Below, piece after piece: positions 14,186 through 27,336 of a stretch of 64,000 nt of DNA; position 1 is the first letter of the stretch; each line of letters begins with the position of its first letter. The position numbers and the translations under genes were made by a program. The notes below the pieces were generated by a model. The model saw only the letters and a list, made by a program, of their open reading frames with translations, had not been told where the DNA came from and did not search any database. The DNA is from Phyllobates terribilis (taxonomy: Eukaryota). Location: the NCBI RefSeq assembly GCF_046119375.1, contig NW_027362772.1:303242001-303306000 (forward strand), given 5' to 3'.

Positions 14186-14672
14186 GACGCGCCGTGTACC
14201 GGGAACACAGCACAGGACGCGCCGTGTACCGGGAACACAGCACAGGACGCTCCGTGTACCGGGACCACAGCACAGGACGCGCCGTGTACCGGGACCACAG
14301 CACAGGACGCGCCGTGTACCGGGACCACAGCACAGGACGCGCCGTGTACCGGGACCACAGCACAGGACGCGCCGTGTACCGGGAACACAGCACAGGACGC
14401 GCCGTGTACCGGGAACACAGCACAGGACGCGCCGTGTACCGGGAACACAGCACAGGACGCGCCGTGTACCGGGAACACAGCACAGGACGCGCCGTGTACC
14501 GGGAACACAGCACAGGACGCGCCGTGTACCGGGAACACAGCACAGGACGCGCCGTGTACCGGGAACACCCCACAGGATCCGCAGTGTACCGGGAACACCC
14601 CACAAGACCCTCCGTATACAGGGAAAACCCCACACGACCCTCCGTATACAGGGAAAACCCCACAGGATCCGC
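14186..14672 (+). repeat. 30-bp minisatellite, right part of the split array
   Basis: About 16 copies; the outer units revert to a CACCCCACAGGATCCG-type variant. Confidence 0.95.
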
Positions 14673-16035
14673 CACTTTGGAGATGTCTGACCCCTGCTTT
14701 CACAAGATTTCCAGTGTTAATCCCTTCTGCTCTCTGGTTTATGACTGGACAGAGATAAGTGGCTCTACATCGGCGCCGCTCGTCGTTCTTCCTCCTGTCC
14801 TGACATAAGAAAGAAATGTTGCATGAGCATAAAGGAGGCATTTATTGTATCTGGCTTTTGTGGACAGATGAAGACCGCAGCTGCTGCAGAACTTTGATTT
14901 TCCCCATTATTCAATCTATGATTAACCTGAAGCTCTTTAAAAAAAAAAAAAAATGAGGTTCTGCAGCAGCTTAAGTGAGTAGTTAATGAATAATGTGCCT
15001 CTTATAAATTAAGATAACAGATAAGTGAGAGAGTTATTATGTTAATCTCCCAATAATTTTCCCGGCAGGCGAATCCCTCTTGTTCTGGTCTCTCTCGGGG
15101 CTGGGTCCTTGTGGGCCTGTGGTGGCGCCGGGGCAGGGTGATTGGGTTACTTTTGGCTTTGCTCCTCTCAGGAGTATTCATGGAGGAGTAATTTGAGCTC
15201 GGGGGCGTCAGCTGCAGGGTTTTGTTCAGGGTGTGAAGATATTCCTCATATTGGGGTCAGGGTGGTATCTGCAATGTCCAGCGAGTCACAGGATTAAGTG
15301 TCTGCCAGGGATGAAACTGGAGACCATTCTCTGCAATTTGTTTAGACATTGGTGGAAAAAAAAAGTATTTTTCAGAATCCCAATGCCAACTTCTGATGGA
15401 GACATGCTGCTATTTGTAGTTCTACCATCGCAGTAGATGTTTAGCCAAGCAGGCAATTTACTAATAAACTTTTTTTTTTTTTTTATCATTTTCAGTATCA
15501 CTGCTTACTGTAAGTGAATGAGAAAGTTTCCATTCAGAGGCAGTGAACTTGTATGTAGCTATTCCTGCTCTCTGCTAAGAAATAGATACAATTGTATCTA
15601 GTGTAGACAATACTGGACTGATACATTGTAGCAAACCATCAGTGAGAGCTGTGCAGCCGGTGATGATGGGTTTAGCTGATGTCTACACTGATGTCCACTT
15701 CTTAGTGCAGTGTAAGGACAGGTATAGACGGACCCCCCAACACCCGGACTGACCGCGGGTCTCCTAATCCGTATTTACACCCTCCTATATGCTTATGAGT
15801 TTGTAAGCTCGGGTCAGCCGGGCATTACTTTCCATATACAGACCACAAAGCACAACTGTCTGAACCCGGCCTAAAACTAGATATACTAAATTTGGCTCGA
15901 CCTGCTGCTTTTCCACCTATGGGGTGTGGGGAGGGGGTCACCTCTCCATTGAAGTATATATAGACAGATGCAGGTCTTCGGTTTAGGATCCACAGCTCCA
16001 TATCTGCACCTATCAGGTGTTTATAGCATGTGTCA

Positions 16036-19000
16036 TGTTATGGGTCCGAGTGGTGGTACTTCTATGCTTTGGTGCAAGGAGGGACCAGAGGTGCATGACT
16101 AAGTACCTACTCGGCCTGACCAAGGTCGCACGGCGGCTCAATCGACTCCGTGAACCAGGTAGGCACCGAGCAGAGGGACCAGGTGTCACTCTGGGACCGA
16201 CCTTGTGTGAGAGCAGGTGACTCCCACAGGTCAGATGGCAGGAACTGACCAGTACAGCAGATGAGCATGGCTGGAAGGCTGACGGGTGGTCTGGGTAGAC
16301 AACCTAGCGGGCACGACAAGTAACAGGCAGGTGCTCTGGGTAGGCAGACTGGCGGGCACAACAGGTAACAGGCAGGTGCTTCCAGGTAAGCAGGCTGGTG
16401 AGCACGGCAGGTAACTGGCAGACAGACTGGCGAGCAGGACTGACTGGCTGACTGGCGGGCAGGACTGACTGGCAGACTGGCGGGCAGGACTGACTGGCAG
16501 ACTGGCGGGCAGGACTGACAGGCAGCGGGACCTGAGGGTTGAAGCAAGTGTTAGCACATGGAACAACAACCATTGCACAGGAACCTCCATATTGGAGGAG
16601 GTGCTTTAAATAGGGGAAGTCCTCTGGCCATTGGCCGGGGACTTATTAGGACGGCGCGCGCGGCCCCTTTAAGAGGGAGGGAAGCGCGCGTGCCCTAAGC
16701 ACAGTGCCCGGGAAGCTGTGCGCGGTGCGCACCACAGTAGCTGCAGGACAGGAGCCGGAAGACGCCGGACCAGGGCCGTGGCGGTGAGGGGAACGGCGTC
16801 TCTGCCTCTGCTTCCTGCTACAGTCACCCCCCCCTTTATGCCCCCCCTTCTTTAAGCCCGAGAGAAATTTTTTAAGAAGATGAGGGACATGAATGTTCTC
16901 CCTGGGTTCCCAAGACCTCTCCTCCAGGCCCTTCCAATCCACAAGAAAGTAAATCTTTCCTCTTACCCTCTTGGTGGCCAAAATGTTTTCTACCTCAAAG
17001 ACGTCCTCAGCGGAGACTGGAGCTGGAGGGGTACCTGGATCGTCAGAGAAGGAATTAAGGACAACAGGTTTGAGAAGGAATACATGAAAGGAGTTGGGAA
17101 TCCGTAAGGTGACCGGGAGTTTCAGCTTGTAAGCCACGGGATTGATTTGTTTCAGAACCTCGAACGGACCGATGAACCGCGGATCCAACTTATAGGAAGG
17201 TATCTTGAGACGGACATGTTTGGAGGAAAGCCAGACTTTGTCTCCCGGACGTAATTGAGGAGGATCCAGACGTCTCTTATCAGCATGTCTCTTCATCCGC
17301 TCGGAGGACTGAAGAAGTGCAGATCTAGTGTCTTCCCAAATTGCCGAAAATTCGCTGACAAGAGACTCCGCGGCAGGATTGTCCACAGAAGAGGAGATGG
17401 GAAACGGAATCCGGGGGGTGTTGACCGTAGACCACAAAGAACGGCAATTTAGTAGAAGACTCGCTCTCACGGTTGTTATAGGAGAACTCAGCCCAGGGCA
17501 GGAGCTCAACCCAATCGTTATGACGAGCATTGACGAAGTGCCGGAGAAAACTGTTAAGGGCCTGGTTGATGCGTTCCACTTGACCATTGGATTGAGGGTG
17601 ATAAGCAGAGGAAAAATCCAAGGAGATGTCCAGCAGCTTGAACGTAACTCTCCAGAAGCGCAGAGTGAACTGAACCCCGCGATCAGACACATTGTGGAGG
17701 GGTAGGCCGTGAAGACTGAAGATGTGATGGATGAAGTCCTTGGCCAGCACAGATGCAGACGGAAGACCAGTCAGAGGGATTTAGTGGGCCATTTTAGAGA
17801 AGCGGTCAGCGACCACCCAAATGACTGTAAAACTGGCAGAGACAGGGAGATCCGTAATGAAATCCATAGCTATGTGTTGCCACGAAGCGGAAGGCACGGG
17901 AAGAGGGAGGCGATGGCCAGATGGAAGGTGCCGGGGAACCTTGTTACGGGTACAGGAGGAACAAGCTGCGACGAAGTCCGCAACATCCTTGCGCAGGGAA
18001 GACCACCAGTAATGTCGGGTGATGAGCAGAAAGGTCTTCCTCTGACCAGCATGGCCGGCTAGTTTGGATGAATGGCCCCAGAGTAGAACCTTCTTACGAT
18101 CTGGAACCGCCACAAAAGACTTACTTGGTGGAAGAAGAGACAGGTCAAACGGAGCCACAGTCATTACTTTGGAGTGGTCGATGATATGTAGAGGCTCCTC
18201 CTCTTGGTCAGTGGACAGGAACGAGTGGCATAAAGCGTCAGCTTTAATGTTCTTGTCCGCCGGGCGGTAATGCAGAGTGAAGCAGAATCGGGCAAAGAAT
18301 AGAGACCACCTGGCCTGACGCGGATTAAGTCTTTGGGCGTTTTGTAAATAAGTCAGGTTTTTGAGGTCAGTGTAGATGACCACCGGGTGCAGAGCCCCCT
18401 CCCATAGGTAACGCCACTCCTCCAGCGCCAATTTGATGGCTAGCAGTTCACGATCTCCTATGGAGTAGTTGCGCTCGGACGAGGCGAAGAGCTTGGAGAA
18501 GAAGCCGCAGGTTACCATTCTCCTGGACGGGGATTTCTGGGTGAGCACCACTCCGGCTCCCGAGGAGGATGCATCAACCTCCAGGAAGAACTGCTTGTTG
18601 CAATCCGGACGGTGCAGCACTGGGGCGGAGGAGAAGGCTTGTTTTAGGGAGACGAAGGCCTCCTCCGCTTCGGAAGTCCATTCCCTGGGATTTGCTCCCT
18701 TACGGGTGAGCGCGGAGATGGGAGCGGTCCGGGAGGAGAAATGAGGGATAAAGAGGCGGTAATAATTTGTGAAGCCCAGAAATCGCTGAATCGCCTTCAA
18801 CCCCTCCGGTCGGGGCCACTTTAAGACGGCATAAACCTTCTCGAGATCCATCCGCAGACCAGTCTCGGAGATAATATAGCCCAGGAACGGAAGGGAAGTC
18901 TGCTCGAAAAGGCATTTCTCAAATTTTGCGTATAGGCGATTCTGCCAGAGCTTTAGCAGAACTTGATGAACATCCCTCCGGTGTGTTGGCAGAACCAGAA

Positions 19001-21749
19001 ACAAAACCAAGATATCGTCCAGGTACACCACCACACAAGAATACAGGAGATCACGGAAGATGTCGTTAACCAGCTATTGGAAAACGGCTGGAGCATTACA
19101 GAGACCAAAGGGCATTACGCGGTATTCGTAGTGACCGTCCCGGGTGTTGAATGCCGTCTTCCACTCGTCTCCCTGGCGGATCCAGACCAAATTGTACGCC
19201 CCACGAAGATCGAGCTTGGTGAAGATCTTCACGCCTTTAAGGTGGTCGAACAGCTCCGAGATGAGAGGCTGGGGATACTTATTCTTGATGGTAATCTGGT
19301 TAAGACCCCTGTAATCAATACAGGGACATAGTGAGCCGTCTTTCTTCTTAACAAAGAAGAATCCTGCTCCAGCCGGGGAGGTAGATTTCTGGATGAATCC
19401 CCTAGCAAGATTCTCTTCTATGTACTCAGACATGGCCCGGGTCTCAGCCGGCGACAAGGGGTAGATACGCCCGCAGGGAGGAGAGGAACCAGGTAGCAGG
19501 TCGATTGGGCAATCATACGGCTTATGAGGTGGAAGTGTCTCTGCCTCCTTTTTGTCGAAGACGTCCGCATAGGTCCAGTAGGGTGCCGGCAGACCAGGTA
19601 GATTAGCCGGAGTAGACAGGGGTCGAGCTGGACGAACCGGAACCAGACAGGACTCGTGGCATTCCTGCCCCCAACGGAGCACTTCACCTGACCTCCAATT
19701 CAGGACAGGTTCATGTCTCTGTAACCAGGGTAGACGAAGCAAGAGGGAGTGAGAGACCGGACAGCACATGAAAGGAGATCTTCTACGAGTGCAGCATTCC
19801 CACCTGAAGGGTTACAGACTCTGTGACGAGCAAGATGGTCTCCGGAAGAAGTCTCCCATCAACGGAAGCGACCTCCAACAGTTCAGCCAGACGTATGGTA
19901 GGAATCTGATACCGCTCCACAAGAGCCTGAGAAATGAGATTCCCAGCGGCTCCAGAATCCAGGGGGGCAGTCTCAAAGAAACGGGTCTCACCACTGAAAA
20001 TGGAAACAGAGTCAAGGACGGAGAGGATTTACTCTTGCCTAGGACGACCTCTCCGAGCGGTCCTAGACACTGGAGTTTCCTGGCTTCACCGGACAGGAAC
20101 GGATCTGATGCTCTTTACTGCCACAATAGAAGCAACTCCCCTCGGCTCGACGCGTCTCCTGGCGAGATTTGACCATCTTGGTTTGGTCAATTTGCATAGG
20201 TTCAGGCGAGCATGCCCGGAGAATTGCTGGTTGGGAGGCAGGCTTTTGGAATACAGGAGCGAGACCCGGAAGTCTTCTCTCCCGGTTAGTCTCCTTAGCT
20301 CGTTCCAAAAAACGGATGTTAATCCGGGTAGCTAATGACTCCAGGTCGTCCAGGGTGGAAGGGCTGTCACGACCTGCTAGCTCATCCTTGATCTGTCCGG
20401 AAAGGCCCTCCCAGAAGGTGGACACCAGGGCCTCGTTGTTCCAGGCAAGCTCTGATGCGAGGGTACGGAAATGTATGGCATATTGGCCCACGGTTAGACT
20501 CCCTTGGCGGAGACGGAGAAGTGAAGAGGCAGTAGAAGTTTTTCATCCGGGCTCATCGAAGACCTTTTGGAAGGCAGTGAGGAAAGCCGGAAGATCGGAC
20601 ACCAGGGGATCCCCTCTTTCCCACAGAGGGTTTAGCTATGCCAATGCCTCCCCGGTGAGGTGAGACATGATGAACGCCACCTTGGCCCGGTCAGAGGTGA
20701 ACTGGTATGCCAGGAGTTCAAAGTACAGCGTGCACTGATTTAGGAAGCCTCGACATAAGACTGTGTCACCACCAAAACGGGGAGGTGCAGAGAGCCGGGG
20801 TCCAGAGCCGGGTGCCATAGCGCCAGTAGGTTGAGGTGCAGCCGGAGCGGGTGCCGCTCGGCTAGAGACGGACACAGACGGGGTGGACAGCGTGTCCAGG
20901 CGAGAGTTGACTGACCGCAGATAGGACAGGATAGTCTCCTGTTGGGATCTCTGACATGAGACCTCCTGGTAGAGGTCAGAGAGTGAAGGAGCCTGGGGGC
21001 CACCGGGTTCCATGGCCTGTGCAAACTGTTACGGGTGGAACCTCTGTGCTTCGGTGCAAGGAGGGACCAGAGGGGCGTGACTAAGTACCTACTCGGCCTG
21101 ACCAAGGTCACACGGCGGCTCAATCGACTCCGTGAACAAGGTAGGGACCGAGCAGGTGAACTAGGTGCCACTCTGGGACCGACCTTGTGTGAGAGCAGGT
21201 GACTCCCACGGGTCAGATGGCAGGAACTGACCAGTACAGCGGATGAGCACGGCTGGAAGGCTGACGGGTGGTCCGGGTAGACAGGCAGGCGGGCACAACA
21301 GGTAACAGGCAGGGGCTTCCAGGTAAACAGGCTGGCGGGCACAACAGGTAACAGGCAGGTGCTTCCAGGTAGGCAGGCTGGTGAGCATGGCAGGTAACTG
21401 GCAGGCTGACTGGCAAGCAGGACTGACAGGCGGGCAGGACTGACAGGCAGACTGGCGGGCAGGACTGACAGGCAGCGGGACCTAAGGGCTGAAGCAAGTG
21501 TTAGCACACGGAACAACAACCATTGCACAGGCACCTCCATATTGGAGGAGGTGCTTTAAATAGGGGAAGTCCTCCGGCCATTTGCCGGGGACTTTTTAGG
21601 ACGGCGCCCTAAGCACAGTGCCCGGGAAGCTGCGCACGGTGCGCGCCACAGTAGCTGCAGGACGGGAGCTGGAAGACGCCGGACCAGGGCCATGGCGGTG
21701 AGGGGAACGGCGTCTCTGCCCGGCAGAAGGCAGAGACGCCAATGCTACA
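16036..21749 (-). mobile_element. Decayed Ty3/gypsy chromovirus, element B
   Basis: LTRs at 16036-16822 (3') and 21027-21749 (5'); TSD TGTCA/TGTCG (one CpG-type change); PPT at ~16823-16850; internal gag-pol broken by stops and frameshifts. Confidence 0.93.
16646..21013 (-). pseudogene. Disrupted gag-pol of element B
   Basis: Fragments: gag MEPGGPQ (20636-21013) and CFYCGSKEHQIRSC (20063-20491); LDSGAAG protease; RT (19074-19769, 17781-19034, YLDD); integrase (17325-17750); chromodomain VFEVENIL...LVDWKG. Confidence 0.92.
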
Positions 21750-21835
21750 TGTCGTAGATGGTAAATATGCTAAAAAAAAATTCAGGATAAGTGTATCCCC
21801 TTAAGAAGCATTCCCCCAGCGCTGTACAGTTTGTG

Positions 21836-21909
21836 GTGGCCATAAATGGTACTGCAGCTGTCTTCTATGCACGGGAATAGCAGAGAGCTGCAGTACCATT
21901 CATGGCCAC
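21836..21909. repeat. Short foldback with 24-bp arms, probable MITE remnant
   Basis: GTGGCCATAAATGGTACTGCAGCT / AGCTGCAGTACCATTCATGGCCAC, 1 mismatch. Confidence 0.7.
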
Positions 21910-23194
21910 TATAAAATGTATGGTGCTGTGCTACTTCCAGTGCAACACGGCCTCGGCGGGAGCGTCAGGGTTGGACCCCAATAGATTTGATATTGTAGAT
22001 TTAGGCCACTATCAGTATTTGGTCAGTATTCGGTCAGTATTTTGGTGGGAGCCAAAACCAGGTGAGGAACAATCAGAGAAAAGGTATAATAGAAACAAGT
22101 CACCAATTCTGCACTGATCACCCACTCCTAGTTATCGATCCCACTCCTGAGAAAAAATACTGACCGAATACTTATAGTGGGGCCAAAAGAAACTGACATA
22201 CAAGTTATAGTGGAAAGTTGCAGAACTTTTCATGATGTAATGAATAGGCTTTATGTACAAGAAGTAAGTGGACCCCTCAAATATCTGCTGATCACTGGGG
22301 TCCCATCAGACCTTACATCCTAGGGGCAACATGGCGCCAACTGACCAAATACCGATAGTGGGGCCGTGGTCTTGACCTAAGGATAGGTCCTCGATATTAC
22401 AGTCTCCTAAAACCTCTTTAAAAAGTCAGTGTTTTCCTGCTATATCTGTGTCCTCGAGTTTGTAGTCCCAAGCTAAATTTGCATTTTAAGAGACTCAAGA
22501 AGTCCCCTGTTCTTACAGCTCATCTGGTTATTGCCACCCTCCAGCCGGTCATCTGCCGCCGCTGACATTAAAATGGGGCTCAGGGATGAAGTAACATTGT
22601 GATAACATTACCAGATGCTGGAGCGAGCCCAAGATATTTGTGGTGAACGGCAGCTAAATATAGAGCAGGAAAAAGGAAATTATACGGGGGCGGTTTATCT
22701 ATCAAACCCTATGCCAATGTATATCTTGCAATTGCATGAATATCATTTCCAGAATGTATCGTTTCATTGGTAGTTTTGGCTGAATTTGGAGGCCACGGAC
22801 TGTCCAGGGGCCGCACTGTCCTCATCATGTCCTTTAGCAGCTGCCGCCTGATGCTGTGCAGACACGAGGGATCCGATACCAACTGCATAATAATCTACAA
22901 CTCCGGGGAGAGTGCGGCTAATAACGAGCTGTCAGAAGTCATTTGGCTTTCGCCATTTGTATATGTGCAAAACACAGAGGACAAATCAGTAAAATGTGTC
23001 TACTGCATGCGCTAATGAGCAGGAAAAATCTGCCAGATGGAAATTGTCAGTGGATTGCGCCTAATGTTCCTATGTGGATGACATTGGTTCACCTTTACAT
23101 GACGGACACTATACTTATACTTGTGTAGTAGGGAACTGCTTATAAGGCCCCATCCATATTCATCCATCATGTTAAGGTCTGTGAATGCCTGCAA

Positions 23195-24345
23195 GACCTG
23201 GAATCAGCCCCCGCTGCAAGACCAGGAATCAGCCCCCACTGCAAGACCAGGAATCAGCCCCCACTGCAAGACCAGGAATCAGCCCGACTACAAGACTAGG
23301 AATCAGCCCCCACTGCAAGACCAGGAATCAGCCCGACTACAAGACTAGGAATCAGCCCCGACTATAAGACCAGGAATCAGCCCCCACTGCAAAACCAGGA
23401 ATCAGCCCGACTACAAGACTAGGAATCAGCCCCCACTGCAAAACCAGAAATCAGCCCGACTACAAGACTAGGAATCAGCCCCCACTGCAAGACCAGGAAT
23501 CAGCCCCCACTGCAAGACCAGGAATCAGCCCGACTACAAGACTAGGAATCAGCCCCGACTATAAGACCAGGAATCAGCCCCCACTGCAAAACCAGGAATC
23601 AGCCCGACTACAAGACTAGGAATCAGCCCCCACTGCAAAACCAGAAATCAGCCCGACTACAAGACTAGGAATCAGCCCCCACTGCAAGACCAGGAATCAG
23701 CCCCCACTGCAAGACCAGGAATCAGACCGACTACAAGACTAGGAATCAGCCCCGACTATAAGACCAGGAATCAGCCCCCACTGCAAAACCAGGAATCAGC
23801 CCGACTACAAGACTAGGAATCAGCCCCCACTGCAAGACCAGGAATCAACCCGAATACAAGACCAGGAATCAGCCCGACTACTAGACTAGGAATCAGCCCC
23901 CACTGCAAGACCAGGAATCAGCCCCGACTATAAGACCAGGAATCAGCCCCCACTGCAAGACCAGGAATCAACCCGACTACTAGACTAGGAATCAGCCCCC
24001 ACTGCAAGACCAGGAATCAGCCCAACTACAAGACTAGGAATCAGCCCGACTACAAGACTAGGAATCAGCCCCGACTACAAGACCAGGAATCAGCCCCCAC
24101 TGCAAGACCAGGAATCAGCCCAACTACAAGACTAGGAATCAGCCCCGACTATAAGACCAGGAATCAGCCCCCACTGCAAAACCAGGAATCAGCCCGACTA
24201 CAAGACTAGGAATCAGCCCCCACTGCAAGACCAGGAATCAACCCGACTACTAGACTAGGAATCAGCCCCCACTGCAAGACCAATAATCAGCCTGAATACA
24301 AGACTAGGAATCAGCCCCAGCTGCAAGACCAGGAATCAGCCCCCA
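23195..24345 (+). repeat. 24/25-bp minisatellite with interleaved unit variants
   Basis: About 46 units of CAAGACCAGGAATCAGCCCCCACTG and CAAGACTAGGAATCAGCCCGACTA types. Confidence 0.95.
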
Positions 24346-24920
24346 TGGATAGGGGAAAGGAGCCAGATCATAGGATCTGTTCCTCTTCTGGCTTGGACCT
24401 CCTTCTGACTATGGACTTGTCTCATCCGGTGGCTTTGTTGCGTCCTGGTTCCCTTTCTGCACCGGCTGCCAATTGCTGACCTAACATCAGACCAGAAAAG
24501 TTTATGTTCAAACAAGTTGGATATGCAATAGATTTTCTGTCTGGATTTACGGGTGCAGCATATTACAGTAGGGGAATGCAGAGTTGTCGTTTTCCGTTTC
24601 GCAGCCGAGATCACATTCACATCAATAGGAGCTGAGCTGCAGTACTGAGTATGGCCACGACACGGTGTACGGCGCTGTGCTGATATGACTTTGTACAGTG
24701 TGTATATTCAGCCTGCAAACAGCTCATTGGTGGAAGTATTGGGCGTCGGACCCCCATTGATCCTAATATTGATGACCTATTGAAAAAAGAGAGATCATTA
24801 TTCTATATATGCTGACAACTCCTATAAGGGGCAAGAAAAAGGAGATGCCATAGATTTAATTTTCTAGTGTAGCCTGCGGCAAAGCGACTGATCGAAGATC
24901 CGCATCGTAACGTATAGCAA

Positions 24921-25121
24921 CTACATTTATAGGATAAAAAAGACGTGCCTGCTCTGAGATACCAAATGTCAAAGTATTCATATATTTCTACATTTATAGG
25001 ATAAAAAAGACGTGCCTGCTCTGAGATACCAAATGTCAAAGTATTCATATATTTCTACATTTATAGGATAAAAAAGACGTGCCTGCTCTGAGATACCAAA
25101 TGTCTAAGTATTCATATATTT
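24921..25121 (+). repeat. 67-bp tandem repeat, 3 copies
   Basis: CTACATTTATAGGATAAAAAAGACGTGCCTGCTCTGAGATACCAAATGTCAAAGTATTCATATATTT, copies at 24921, 24988 and 25055. Confidence 0.93.
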
Positions 25122-26004
25122 CCAGTAGGAATAACAGAGGAACGGCACAATAAGAAAACATGTTATTTCATAAGGAATATGTCTGCAGAGCTGAGGGGAG
25201 CTCTTTAAGGAATTGCTGTATAAGCACGTCTCCAATGTATGGCGCCCGCTGTCTAAATGCCGGAGGACGGGTGATCTGTAGTGCGGTGCTGCCGGCGCTG
25301 TAATATTCCCTTCTTCATCTCCTTGTGAGGTGAGAGCCATTGTTATAGGGCCGTGTGGAATATCCTGCGCAGAATGTGACATACGCCAGGAAGAAACCCT
25401 CTGCTCATCCACATCTAAATTATCCATCACAAGGAGCGCGGCCGCCTCATCGCCGGCTGTAATTAGTCACAGAACCGCTGCCTATTCTTGTCACCGCGGC
25501 ACTGCCGGATTTAAATTGCTGTTCCCAAGTGGCGTCTTCCAGCAAATGTTCATAGAAATCAAAGTGACCTTCTTAAGATCAGACTGACAGCCGCGAGGGC
25601 GACCGGCGCATATTCCTATCTCAACAGCATCAAATAAAAGCTACAAAGGCGAGAAGCCTCCATTACAGCGTGTTCTGTGCAAAAATGAAAAACAGGCCGA
25701 CGGCGCCAAGGTGAAATGTGAGCCCTCTGACATGTCCTACGTGCCCCCGCAAGAGCTAATTATATACGAGAATAATACGATAATGAATTAAAGGCAACAC
25801 AACGAGACATAAAAGACATAATGGAGCGGATCTACAGAACATCAGCTTCATCTACGGCACAGAGAAAGACAAAACCCCAAACTGGAAGCCACGGGCCGTG
25901 ATGGGGGCACACACTGCAATACTGGCGGCAGACGCGTTTTCAACACATGAGCCTGCGACATTTTTTTTTCAGGTTTACGGTAAATTTACATTTTGGATAA
26001 ACAG

Positions 26005-26430
26005 CGGGTCTTGTGGGGTGTTCCCGATATTCATCAGGTTTAATGAGGTGTTCCTGCTTATACGGTGTTCCCAGTATACAGCAGGTCTTGTGGGGTGTTC
26101 CCGGTATACGGAGGGTCTTGTGGGATTTTCCCGGTATACGGCAGGTCTAGTGGGGTGTTCCCAGTATACGGCGGGTCTTGTAGGGTGTTCCCGGTATACG
26201 GCGGATCTTGTGGAGTGTTCCCAGTATACAGCAGGTCTTGTGGGGTTATCCCGGTATACGGCAGTTCTAGTGGGGTGTTCCCGGTATACGGCAGGTCTTG
26301 TAGGGTGTTCCTGGTATACGGCAGGTCTTGTGGGGTGTTCCCGGTATACGGCGGGTCTTGTGGGGTGTTCCCAGTATACGGCGAGTTTTGTGTGGTGTTC
26401 CCGGTATAAGGTAGATCTTGTGGGGTGTCA
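26005..26430 (-). repeat. 30-bp minisatellite of the same family as the 8.8/14.2-kb array, opposite orientation
   Basis: Unit CCCGGTATACGGCAGGTCTTGTGGGGTGTT; its reverse complement matches the outer units of the 8.8/14.2-kb array. Confidence 0.9.
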
Positions 26431-27336
26431 TAGATAATACCAGAGAGATCACACAGATACCAATGCGGTCACCAGTTTGTCACGGGACGCAACTCCGCTG
26501 CCTCCAGTCATCAAGACAATTACGCAATTGACTGACGAGTGTTGGACAAGGCCGCGGCTGCTTCCACTACTAGTCCGGTTATTGGGGAACTCACAGTGAG
26601 CATATGGTATATACACCTCCGATTCCAATGCATGGAATATATGTATATAACCCGGTACAGTCAACTCCACAATAAAAAAAAAAGGAGCTACTAGCTGCCA
26701 CCATCAATTGTTTATGCAGGCCGATTGGACACCCGTTACAGGTAGCAAAATGCTTCAGGGGTGCGGTTTACAGAGCAAGAGGAATGGAGTTATTAAATTT
26801 TATATATTTAATCTGGAAAGGTAGGCAGTGTTTATAAAAAAATATACAAACATGATAAAAAATGGGAACAAAACAACACGGTATATACAATTACATACAG
26901 TAAAATGGAATAACGAAAGAGAAGTACTAAACCTGATGTTGCAGGAATGGCTCTTATTTTTATGGAGGGAAGTGCTTCAATAAAGAAAATTAGACAGTCT
27001 CACAGAGAACTTTGTTTCCCAGAATAAACAATGACAGAAACCCAAATTCTGTTTTTTATTAGATCAAGGTAAGCCCACATACCTCCCCTTGGTGAACTCA
27101 TATGGGGGATGGTTCTGGGATGTGTTAGGTCTTTTAGAAGTTTATGAGATCCCCAACTTTCATGATATCTTCGCCCCTAGAGGTCCCAGGTGGGAGATAT
27201 TGTCATGTTTCCTATCACGATTTTATCTTTCTATTAAGATGAAACATGGCATGGATAGCATCATCCATCGTACCCGATATTAAGCTGGAGGTGTTAGCAT
27301 GGCCTTACAGTGATGTGAGTGAAAGCGTTATGTTAG

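Noticed and set aside
23195-24345. CRISPR-like appearance of regularly spaced repeats (also 50439-51787)
   Set aside because: The units are contiguous with no unique spacers, there are no cas genes, and the context is a vertebrate intron-exon locus.
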